64,000 nucleotides of DNA, from positions 131,259 to 195,258 of the forward strand of contig CAVVVN010000008.1 in the NCBI GenBank assembly GCA_963751705.1, in the 5' to 3' direction. Shown here in pieces: positions 1-7,187 of the stretch (positions within the stretch are counted from its first letter, which is position 1; every line of letters begins with the position of its first letter). The stretch comes from an uncultured Bacteroidales bacterium (GTDB lineage Bacteria > Bacteroidota > Bacteroidia > Bacteroidales > GCA-2748055). The notes below the pieces were generated by a model. It ran no database searches and was not told where the DNA came from. It saw only the letters and a program-made list of their open reading frames with translations. Both the position numbers and the translations under genes were made by a program.

Positions 1-177
1 CTCTTTCCTTATATGCAGGCAGTTCGTTTCCTGATCGATTACCTGGATGGAGATACCTATTACAAAGTCAAACACCCGGAGCATAACCTGGTCAGAACCC
101 TGGCTCAGCTGAAGCTGACCAAAGATGGAGAGGCTAAAATGGATAAGCTAAGGACGATCATTAAGAAGCTTTCCTGA
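1..177 (+). CDS. 3' end of an unidentified gene (partial, runs off the left edge)
   Basis: Frame 1 is open from base 1 to TGA at 175-177 (...FLIDYLDGDTYYKVKHPEHNLVRTLAQLKLTKDGEAKMDKLRTIIKKLS*). It is missing from the ORF track only because it has no start in the window. Family not recognised. Confidence 0.4.
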   Translation, partial: LFPYMQAVRFLIDYLDGDTYYKVKHPEHNLVRTLAQLKLTKDGEAKMDKLRTIIKKLS

Positions 178-184
178 TAAAACC

Positions 185-802
185 ATGATTGTTGAAAAAT
201 TCACCGGACCAGAGACTCAGATTTTTTCAGTCCGGGCAGAGAATCCCCTGGCTTTTAAAAACTGGGTAGATATTGATGGAGTGTCAAGCGGCTTTTCCAT
301 CCGGCACGACGGGTCTTCCATACACCTCTATTACCAGGTCACAGAGAGCCATGTGAGGGCCTTAAGCACTGTTTATAACGGACCGGTATGGGAGGACAGT
401 TGTGTGGAATTTTTCTTCTCCCCGAATAAGGAAGGTAAGGAATACTACAATTTTGAGTTTAATGCCATTGGCACGGTGCTGGGGGGATATGGACCAGACC
501 GAAACCGGAGAGAGCATCTTCCGGAATCTGTGTTGAAGCAGGTGGAAACCACTCCCTCCCTGGGCCGGGAGCCCATCGAGGGAATCTATGGAGAAACTAC
601 CTGGACCCTCCGGGTCAGAATTCCCTTAAAAACCCTTGTATATAGCAAAATAGAAGACCTTTCAGGCCTGGATGCGCATGCAAACTTTTACAAGTGCGGG
701 GATAAGCTTGACCAGCCTCATTTCCTCTCCTGGAAACCGGTGCTAAATCCCACTCCGGATTTTCACACCCCCCGCTATTTCGGTCAGCTCTCTTTTATGT
801 AA
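185..802 (+). CDS. Small cytoplasmic CBM9-like / DOMON-like carbohydrate-binding-fold protein
   Basis: ATG at 185, 205 aa, no signal peptide. The motif run VWEDSCVEFFFSP..YYNFEFNAIGT..NFYKCGD..PHFLSW..FHTPRYFG matches my recollection of Bacteroidetes 'carbohydrate-binding family 9-like' proteins (not searched). Confidence 0.5.
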   Translation: MIVEKFTGPETQIFSVRAENPLAFKNWVDIDGVSSGFSIRHDGSSIHLYYQVTESHVRALSTVYNGPVWEDSCVEFFFSPNKEGKEYYNFEFNAIGTVLGGYGPDRNRREHLPESVLKQVETTPSLGREPIEGIYGETTWTLRVRIPLKTLVYSKIEDLSGLDAHANFYKCGDKLDQPHFLSWKPVLNPTPDFHTPRYFGQLSFM

Positions 803-825
803 GTTTGCAGAAAGATCAAATCTGC

Positions 826-1578
826 ATGGAAAAATCAGCTGATCAGCTTCAGTCTGAAAAGTTATTTAAAAAGATTTGCCGTAAAATTGGCACCACCATG
901 CGGGATCATCAAATGATTCTTGAAGGAGATCATTTGCTTGTGGGGCTCTCCGGTGGAAAAGACTCCATGATTCTGCTGGAAGCCCTTGCAGAACGCAAAA
1001 GGGCTCTCCCTTTTGAGTTCACGCTAACAGCTGCCCATGTTGAAGCCCAGGGGATCGGATATGAAATCGACAAGGAGAGATTGACCTCGTTTTGTGAAAC
1101 TCTTGGTATTCCTGTACTCTATCGGGCCATCCAGCCCGATCTTGAAAAAGATCCCTCGAAAACAGATTGTTTTATCTGCTCATGGTACCGCAGAAAAGAG
1201 TTGTTTAAACTTACGAAAGAATTGGGCTGCAACAAGCTGGCACTGGGACATCACAGGAAGGACGCCATTGAAACACTTCTTATGAATATGATCTACCACG
1301 GTTCCATCAGCTCCCTGCCCTACTCGCTAACCCTGTTTGAAGGCAGGGTACAACTGATCCGTCCAATGATGGATCTGGAGGAAAGAATGCTGGAAGATTA
1401 TGCCCGTCTGAACAATCTGGTTCAGGTGGAAAAGAGCTGTCCGCATGAGGATCGGACCCAGCGGGAGAAGATGGCCGGACTTATCAGGCAGGTGGAGGAT
1501 CTCCACGGTCCGGGACCCTACAATATGTTTAAATCGATGAACAAGATCTTTGAAGAGTACCTGCCGGTCAAACATTGA
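826..1578 (+). CDS. ttcA: PP-loop ATPase, tRNA 2-thiocytidine synthase (TtcA) family
   Basis: PP-loop LVGLSGGKDS, CxxC (CFICSW) plus a downstream Cys (SCPHED), and GHHRKD. About 250 aa. The track ORF begins at a TTG (805); the first ATG is at 826. Confidence 0.7.
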   Translation: MEKSADQLQSEKLFKKICRKIGTTMRDHQMILEGDHLLVGLSGGKDSMILLEALAERKRALPFEFTLTAAHVEAQGIGYEIDKERLTSFCETLGIPVLYRAIQPDLEKDPSKTDCFICSWYRRKELFKLTKELGCNKLALGHHRKDAIETLLMNMIYHGSISSLPYSLTLFEGRVQLIRPMMDLEERMLEDYARLNNLVQVEKSCPHEDRTQREKMAGLIRQVEDLHGPGPYNMFKSMNKIFEEYLPVKH

Positions 1579-2779
1579 ATTTTTGCATCTCCCTTTTTGC
1601 AAGGTCTGATTTGATCCGTCGGACCCGGCTGTCGTTCTGCACTCCTGTGAATCCCGCAATCACTTCGGATGGAACCTCCATCTCCAATGCATTTCTAATA
1701 AAGGTGTTTACAGCTATACCAGCGGTTAAACGCCTGTACAGGGGCTGCTTTTCTGCCCCGGCCGAATCAGAAGGTATAATCCTGGTAAGGCCGATCTCCT
1801 TTCCCATGATCCTGAGATATTTATTCATGGTGATAAGGCTCATGGATGGGAAGGCCGTGCCATTTATATAGTATTTGTTCTCGTATTTCTGAAAAATAGC
1901 GGAAGCATATTTGTTCAGGGGAATAATTCGCAATCCACTCCCAGGCTTCCTTACAAGGACCTCATCCACTTTCAAATCCTCCTTTTTCAGCGCCTGTATT
2001 TCAGAATACCTGATGCCTGCAAAACACATAAAACAAAACAGGTCCCTGGCCCTCTCCTTCCGTATGTTGTCTGTAGAGAAATCCATCAGTTTCATTAACT
2101 CATCCCAATGTAGGTACAGAGGCATTTGAGACAGTTGCAGGGTAGCATTCATTCGTTTATAAAACTGCCTGTACTCACGATAGACATTATAGCCCCTGTC
2201 GGTGGCCCAGTTTAGAAACCATACCAGGTTGTTTACTGATTTATACGTGGTGGAAGGTTTATATCCTCTCTCAGCACAAAAGTTTACAAATCCATCCAGG
2301 AATTGTCCATCCATTTTATGAAAGGAGATGGAGGTCTCTGACTGGTCCTCAAATTCACGCAAGAGCTTATAGAGTGTCCTGACCTTTCGATACGTAGCGC
2401 TACTCCAGGCGGAACTCTCACTTTCCATAAATTGGTAGAAGAGATCAAAAAAGCCGCTCATGTATTTTGGTTTCAATTGCTGAAATATCTCGCGAAAACT
2501 CCCTGAGCTTAACTCTCTTCCAGAATACTTCAGTCCTTCTAAAGTTCTGGAAGCAATAGTCTGCAAAGAATCTAACCTGTTATTCAGATCCCGGGCATCC
2601 GGATAAAATGATCGGATCCTTTGCAGATCCGGATCCCATCCATTTTTATCCACCTTCACTCCGGTACCGATTTTAACCCGGTTTCCGCCAAAAGTAACAC
2701 TCATAAATATCGGGCAATCCAGGGAACGTATATTCCCGGTTTCATCCTTGCGCTTCTCTATATGGAACCGTGTTCTCAT
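1568..2779 (-). CDS. Tyrosine-recombinase-fold (integrase-like) protein lacking the catalytic His/Arg/His/Tyr residues
   Basis: 403 aa. N-terminal Arm-type region (MRTRFHIEKRKDETGN..) and a core-binding domain. The first catalytic Arg context is kept (ARDLFCFMCFAGIRYSEI). The C-terminal box reads LTAGIAVNTF...AGFTGVQNDSRVRRI instead of xTxHxxRHTF...LGHxxxxTTxxY. The 3' end overlaps ttcA by 11 nt (convergent). Confidence 0.8.
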   Translation of the reverse strand: MRTRFHIEKRKDETGNIRSLDCPIFMSVTFGGNRVKIGTGVKVDKNGWDPDLQRIRSFYPDARDLNNRLDSLQTIASRTLEGLKYSGRELSSGSFREIFQQLKPKYMSGFFDLFYQFMESESSAWSSATYRKVRTLYKLLREFEDQSETSISFHKMDGQFLDGFVNFCAERGYKPSTTYKSVNNLVWFLNWATDRGYNVYREYRQFYKRMNATLQLSQMPLYLHWDELMKLMDFSTDNIRKERARDLFCFMCFAGIRYSEIQALKKEDLKVDEVLVRKPGSGLRIIPLNKYASAIFQKYENKYYINGTAFPSMSLITMNKYLRIMGKEIGLTRIIPSDSAGAEKQPLYRRLTAGIAVNTFIRNALEMEVPSEVIAGFTGVQNDSRVRRIKSDLAKREMQKFNV

Positions 2780-2836
2780 CTTTTACAAGTATAGCCTGAA
2801 ATACAACTATGCAGGACAGATTTTATCAATAATCCG

Positions 2837-2844
2837 TAATTTTG
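2837..2844 (+). promoter_or_regulatory. Exact TAnnTTTG (-7 type) Bacteroidetes promoter box immediately upstream of the mnmD-like start
   Basis: TAATTTTG at 2837-2844, 4 nt before ATG 2849. This would imply a leaderless or near-leaderless mRNA. No -33 element was evaluated. Confidence 0.3.
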
Positions 2845-2848
2845 CCCG

Positions 2849-3508
2849 ATGGAGAGAAAGATATTACTTACTGCGGATGGCTCCCATACCATCTTTGTAT
2901 CTGGGATGGATGAACCATATCATTCCACCCATGGTGCTCTCCAGGAATCCAGGCATATCTTTATTAAGCATGGTCTTCAAACCGTAAAGAAGAAGTCTGT
3001 CAGAATCCTGGAGTTGGGATTCGGGACCGGACTGAACGCTCTTCTCACTTTAATTGAATCGATTCCGCTTGATCTGGATATATATTACCACACTGTTGAA
3101 AAGTATCCCCTTGTAGATTCTGAATACAAGAGATTGAACTTCGAAAAGCTGGCGAAGCAGTCGCCGAAAGGTGCACTGCAAGGTTTTCATAGCAGTCCCT
3201 GGGGAGAAAGCGTTCAAATTTCGGACAACTTCACTCTTTTCAAAGAAAAAGCAGACTTCAGGTCAATGAATCCCCCCCCGCATATCAACCTGATCTACTT
3301 CGATGCCTTCTCACCAGATAAACAACCTGAATTGTGGACGAGTTCTATTTTCGATACCATTTCCCGGGCTGCAGATCCCGGAGCCATTCTGGTTAGCTAT
3401 TCTTCCAAAGGCCTTGTTCGTAGAGCTCTAACCTCCAGCGGATTCGAAGTTCATAAAGTTGCGGGACCCCCTGGAAAAAGAGAGATGATCAGAGCCATTA
3501 AAATATAA
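2849..3508 (+). CDS. mnmD: SAM-dependent tRNA (mnm5s2U34) methyltransferase, MnmD / MnmC-methyltransferase-domain family
   Basis: 219 aa. N-terminus ...LLTADGSHTIF..MDEPYHSTHGALQES.HIFI and SAM motif ILELGFGTGLNAL. YFDAFSPDKQPELW is typical of stand-alone MnmC-like methyltransferases. Confidence 0.65.
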   Translation: MERKILLTADGSHTIFVSGMDEPYHSTHGALQESRHIFIKHGLQTVKKKSVRILELGFGTGLNALLTLIESIPLDLDIYYHTVEKYPLVDSEYKRLNFEKLAKQSPKGALQGFHSSPWGESVQISDNFTLFKEKADFRSMNPPPHINLIYFDAFSPDKQPELWTSSIFDTISRAADPGAILVSYSSKGLVRRALTSSGFEVHKVAGPPGKREMIRAIKI

Positions 3509-3567
3509 TTGTGTGGTCTATAATATTTCTTTTAACTTCGCAGGCATTATTAAAAAAAAGAATTTAC

Positions 3568-4287
3568 ATGAATAACAAACAGATTATCACACTCATTGTA
3601 GTAGCAGTTGCAGCCCTGGCTGTAGGATACTTTATCGGAACAGGCACCAGCGGTGTTAAATCTGAAAGTCAGATCACCATGAAAAACAAGGCTGACTCAC
3701 TTAACTATTTTCTAGGTTTAAACTGGGGGTACAGCGTTGGCGAAGCTCCCTGGGAGATCGATGCTGACCTGCTTGCGGCTGGCCTGCTTCAGGTGTTAAA
3801 AGATAGTTCATCGTTTGATCCGATGAGTGCACAAACCGTATTTCGCGATTTAAGCGTGTCTTTTTCAGATGCTGAAGCTAAAAAAGCTGAAGAAGAATCC
3901 ATGAAAACCATGGAAGATGGAATCGCCTTCCTGGAAGAAAACGGAAGAAGAGAAGAGGTTATAACCACCGAATCTGGATTGCAGTATGAAGTAATCACTA
4001 AAGGTGATGGACCTATGCCTGATGAAACTTCAACCGTTTCCGTGTTTTATGAAGGTACCCTTATTGACGGGACAATATTCGATAGCAGCTACGAAACTAA
4101 CGACACTATTTCTTTCCCCTTAAACGGGGTGATCCCGGGATGGACAGAAGGACTCCAGCTTATGCCGGTAGGATCCACCTACAAATTCTTTATTCCGTCG
4201 AACCTTGCGTACGGATCCAGAGCCACTGGACCAATTCCTGCCAATTCTACTTTAATCTTTAAAGTTGAATTGCTGGAAGTAAAATAA
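3568..4287 (+). CDS. FKBP-type peptidyl-prolyl cis-trans isomerase, membrane anchored
   Basis: ATG at 3568 (the track ORF starts upstream at GTG 3511). N-terminal TM IITLIVVAVAALAVGYFIG. C-terminal FKBP domain GLQYEVITKGDG...VFYEGTLIDGTIFDSS...GVIPGWTEGLQLMPVGSTYKFFIPSNLAYG. Confidence 0.85.
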   Translation: MNNKQIITLIVVAVAALAVGYFIGTGTSGVKSESQITMKNKADSLNYFLGLNWGYSVGEAPWEIDADLLAAGLLQVLKDSSSFDPMSAQTVFRDLSVSFSDAEAKKAEEESMKTMEDGIAFLEENGRREEVITTESGLQYEVITKGDGPMPDETSTVSVFYEGTLIDGTIFDSSYETNDTISFPLNGVIPGWTEGLQLMPVGSTYKFFIPSNLAYGSRATGPIPANSTLIFKVELLEVK

Positions 4288-4310
4288 GACCTTGATTGAT
4301 CATTAAAAAA

Positions 4311-4341
4311 GGCTGTCCGCCATGCGAACAGCCTTTTTTTT
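4311..4341 (+). terminator. Rho-independent terminator after the FKBP gene
   Basis: GGCTGTCCGC (4311-4320) pairs with GCGAACAGCC (4324-4333) with one mismatch. A T8 run follows at 4334-4341 and an A6 run precedes at 4305-4310, so it could act bidirectionally. Confidence 0.65.
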
Positions 4342-4416
4342 AATCATAGATCGAATTGTGGCTATCTTCAATATACTATCCTTAAATTTATACCCTAACT
4401 GAAAAAAAAATCAAGT

Positions 4417-4833
4417 ATGAGCTTCGAGATAAATGGCCGCCTGGCAGAAAAATTCGAAACACAGAAAGTCTCGGACCGGTTCCAGAAACGCGAATTTGTC
4501 CTTGAGATAAAATCAACCGGTAATACCGGATACGAATTTGTTGATTTTATAAAGTTCCAGTCCACACAGGATAAATGCTCACTGCTGGACCAGTTCAATC
4601 AGGACGATATTATTAAAGTTTCCTTTAACCTAAGAGGTCGCAAATGGGAAAAAGATGGACAGGTATCGTATTTTACTAATCTCGAAGCCTGGCGCATCGA
4701 AAAAGTATCTGGCGATTCAGGCGAAGAACCGGAAGGTGAATTCCCAATTGAGTCCAGTGATTCCAGTCAGGATGCTCCCTTTCCCTCTACTCCTCCCGAG
4801 AATGATTCCGGGTTTGATGATCTGCCATTTTGA
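4417..4833 (+). CDS. DUF3127-like OB-fold protein with an acidic/Pro-rich linker and SSB-type C-terminal tip (DDLPF)
   Basis: 138 aa. The N-terminal ~95 aa (MSFEINGRLAEKFETQKVSDRFQKREFVLE...SFNLRGRKWEKDGQVSYFTNLEAWRIE) resembles DUF3127. The tail SGDSGEEPEGEFPIESSDSS..ENDSGFDDLPF ends like bacterial SSB (DDDIPF). Confidence 0.7.
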   Translation: MSFEINGRLAEKFETQKVSDRFQKREFVLEIKSTGNTGYEFVDFIKFQSTQDKCSLLDQFNQDDIIKVSFNLRGRKWEKDGQVSYFTNLEAWRIEKVSGDSGEEPEGEFPIESSDSSQDAPFPSTPPENDSGFDDLPF

Positions 4834-4862
4834 AAACTTGAAAACAAAAACAAAACCCCTAA

Positions 4863-5726
4863 TTAATTTTTGGCAGAAACATCAATCCGGCTCTCTTCTA
4901 CCGAGCGATAATGCTTCGGGGTCACACTTTTTACTGGAATTCTAAATTCAATGGTAATACCTTTAAAAGTACTGTCTGTTACCATGAGTTCTCCCTTCAT
5001 GGATTTTACCAGTCCACTTGCCAGCTTATAGCTAAGTGTAATCGTATCGTTAGTATTGTACCAATCCTCCTCTTTATCAGTCGTATCAAAGATCTTTCTG
5101 ATTTCGTCCTGTAGCAGCATGCTACTGCTGTCCTTGATGGTAAAAATCAGTGTATTTTTATCGGCGAACGATGCGCCAAACTCTATGACTCCTTTTTTTG
5201 TCTGGGCCAGGGAATTTTCAATCAGGCAGCTTAAAGCTCTCGACAGGCGTTGCTTATCAGCAATGATTTTCGCCTTTTTAAATGCCTCTCTGACATTTAA
5301 TAATAAGGCGACCCTTTCCCTGTTTAACCTGTATCGATCCATATTATACTTATCGTATAAATCCTTCAACAGATCATAAATCGCTACTTCATCCTCCTTC
5401 AGTTGAAGATTTCCTGTTTCGATCAGGGTCAGATCAATCAGGTTGTCCATCATGTTTAAGAGCGAATTGCTATTCCGGGTAATATGGTCAATGTATGCGT
5501 CCCTCTGATTGCCATCCACATCTTCATCACCAAGAAGGTGGGAAAAACCGATGATGGCATTCATGGGAGTCCTGATCTCATGCGAGATATTGGATAGGAA
5601 CCTGGTTTTCACCCTGGTACCGTCGGACTGAAACTGTTTCAGCGTGTCCTCCAGCATCGCAACCTTCTGCTCCAGTTGCCTGGTGTAATCCAGAAGCTCA
5701 TTATAGTCAGGATTTTTTCCCATCAC
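4863..5726 (-). CDS. Soluble orphan sensor histidine kinase (HisKA + atypical HATPase_c)
   Basis: 287 aa with no TM segment and an N-terminal coiled coil. H-box SNISHEIRTPMNAIIGFSHLL and N-box-like LIENSLAQTKKG. G1 (IKDSSSM) and G2 (TLSYKLASGL) lack the usual glycines. No response regulator nearby. Confidence 0.7.
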   Translation of the reverse strand: MMGKNPDYNELLDYTRQLEQKVAMLEDTLKQFQSDGTRVKTRFLSNISHEIRTPMNAIIGFSHLLGDEDVDGNQRDAYIDHITRNSNSLLNMMDNLIDLTLIETGNLQLKEDEVAIYDLLKDLYDKYNMDRYRLNRERVALLLNVREAFKKAKIIADKQRLSRALSCLIENSLAQTKKGVIEFGASFADKNTLIFTIKDSSSMLLQDEIRKIFDTTDKEEDWYNTNDTITLSYKLASGLVKSMKGELMVTDSTFKGITIEFRIPVKSVTPKHYRSVEESRIDVSAKN

Positions 5727-5791
5727 CCATTATTCAGCAATATTTCAATTATCAGTTATACCAATCCTCACTCCGAGGGGTAATTGTAAAA

Positions 5792-6547
5792 TTATTGCTT
5801 CATCCGTTTAAGGATCTTCGCAGCTTTATCTTTATAGTAATGATTTGAGGATGAGGCAATCTTGGCCAGTTTTCTCCTGGCATTATCAGTTTCATCCATT
5901 GCAAGCAAACATCCTGCAAGATACCATTCGGCCTTTTGGATATAAAGGTTGTCATCATGCTCTATAACCCTGACAAAGGATTCGCTTGCTTCCTGGTGCT
6001 GATCAATTTCCATGTAAGATACGCCCATGTAGAAATCGGCTTCCATCTTATTTGAATTGATTTCCAGTACCTCGTCGAAACAATCAATGGCTCCCTCAAA
6101 TTCTCCTTTGAGAAAATGATCCTGGGCCTTATTCATCCAATACGTGGTAACTTCGTTGTCAACAGAACGGTTCGTAAGAACCAGTTCATAGGGTTTCATG
6201 TACTTGGCAAATAAATCATTATTAGAAAGTGGCCGTCCAAGTACAGTGGCCAGACCTATGGCCACCAACAGAGCGAGTGCTGCCGATGCTGCATAGTGCC
6301 ATGGCCGAGTGAATCGAAAAACCCTTTTTCCGGTCTCCGATCTTCGTGTCTCTTCCCGCAAGTCAGTCAACTGGGTCCGAAAGTCCAATACTTCAGTATC
6401 GGCAATGGCTTCATCAACCTCCTTATAGAGGTCAAGGTCCACCAATAACTCCGGACTGGCGTTGAGCTCCTGCTCAAACCTGGCCAACTCCTTCTCTGAG
6501 AGCTCGTTGTCCAGGTACTTTTGTAAAATGTGCCTGTCGCGTTTCAT
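5792..6547 (-). CDS. Single-pass membrane protein: anti-sigma-like N-terminal helix region + C-terminal TPR domain
   Basis: ATG at 6547 (MKRDRHILQKYLDNELSEKELARFEQEL...); the track ORF is extended upstream to 6676. TM WHYAASAALALLVAIGLATVLG. TPR-like repeats (FLKGEFEGAIDCFDEVLE.., FYMGVSYMEIDQHQEASESF.., WYLAGCLLAMDE..). No sigma factor adjacent. Confidence 0.7.
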   Translation of the reverse strand: MKRDRHILQKYLDNELSEKELARFEQELNASPELLVDLDLYKEVDEAIADTEVLDFRTQLTDLREETRRSETGKRVFRFTRPWHYAASAALALLVAIGLATVLGRPLSNNDLFAKYMKPYELVLTNRSVDNEVTTYWMNKAQDHFLKGEFEGAIDCFDEVLEINSNKMEADFYMGVSYMEIDQHQEASESFVRVIEHDDNLYIQKAEWYLAGCLLAMDETDNARRKLAKIASSSNHYYKDKAAKILKRMKQ

Positions 6548-6670
6548 ATCAATAAATATTAAATTAGTGTCAAGTATGCAGGACCCACGTACACCCATTC
6601 CTGGCCATACATTTGGAACCTGTACTCCCTGGTATAAGTATGCACGCTTGCATACCTTCCAGAGTATTAT

Positions 6671-6686
6671 GCACAATTAATTGTGC
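6671..6686. promoter_or_regulatory. Perfect 16-bp palindrome GCACAATTAATTGTGC in the intergenic region upstream of the TM-TPR gene
   Basis: Read directly at 6671-6686. It lies ~125 nt upstream of ATG 6547 (minus strand) and ~145 nt downstream of the GG-peptide stop. No T-run follows on the minus strand, so an operator is more likely than a terminator. Confidence 0.35.
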
Positions 6687-6831
6687 GTCAATTCAGGAAT
6701 TTCCGTTTCCGGATTTTCCTAACCGATTAGTTGTTCCAGGATACAACTCCCCTGTTCAACTTCACGGATTTATATGTCTTGCGGTCATAGGACCGTCTTA
6801 ATTTCTAATCAAAATTTCCAATTAATCCGAT

Positions 6832-6957
6832 TTACCTTGTTGGAGGATGTACCAAATCTTCAACAGGATCTCCTTTGGACAGTCCACCTTTCAAATAATT
6901 CAGTTCAGTTTTCTTGATAGCATCGTTTGCAAATGATTTCAAATTGACAGTTTTCAT
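6832..6957 (-). CDS. Unannotated 41-aa peptide with a Bacteroidetes GG-type leader (putative exported/modified peptide precursor)
   Basis: Hand translation of the minus strand from ATG 6957 to TAA 6832-6834 gives MKTVNLKSFANDAIKKTELNYLKGG|LSKGDPVEDLVHPPTR. The leader matches the pattern M-K-x-x-x-L-x-x-F/L...L-x-K-x-E-L-x-x-I/L-K-G-G of GG-leader natural-product/bacteriocin precursors. It is too short for the ORF track. Confidence 0.5.
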   Translation of the reverse strand: MKTVNLKSFANDAIKKTELNYLKGGLSKGDPVEDLVHPPTR

Positions 6958-7023
6958 GGCTTTTCAATTAGGGGTTCAACTTCTCTTTGTTTTTGTTTTC
7001 AATAGTTAATTCCAGAAAAGCAG

Positions 7024-7032
7024 CAAACGTTA
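7024..7032 (-). promoter_or_regulatory. Candidate Bacteroidetes promoter (-7 box TAACGTTTG) for the GG-leader peptide
   Basis: The minus strand reads gggTAACGTTTGctg (plus-strand caaacgtta at 7024-7032), which contains TAnnTTTG. A TTTA sits ~21 nt further upstream. About 67 nt from ATG 6957. Confidence 0.3.
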
Positions 7033-7187
7033 CCCGGAAAAGTGAACTTTTTTTAAACTTTTTTTCTCACACAAGTGCATATGATTGATTTTATGGAGTT
7101 TAATTGCAAATATAAAAATCGGCCATTTATCAGAATTACTTGCATCCTATCCCATTATTTCTTTCATTTACGCTATATTCTTCATAA

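Noticed and set aside
1568-2779. Reading the integrase-like gene as the marker of an integrated mobile element or genomic-island boundary.
   Set aside because: No tRNA, direct-repeat att sites, excisionase, transposase or conjugation genes are nearby. The flanks are housekeeping tRNA-modification genes, and the protein lacks the catalytic residues.
6462-6801. Plus-strand ORFs 6462-6680 and 6613-6801 in the TM-TPR upstream region.
   Set aside because: One overlaps the N-terminus of the minus-strand TM-TPR gene and the other sits in intergenic DNA. Both are Cys/Pro-rich nonsense-like sequences with no motifs. The better-supported element here is the minus-strand GG-leader peptide further along.
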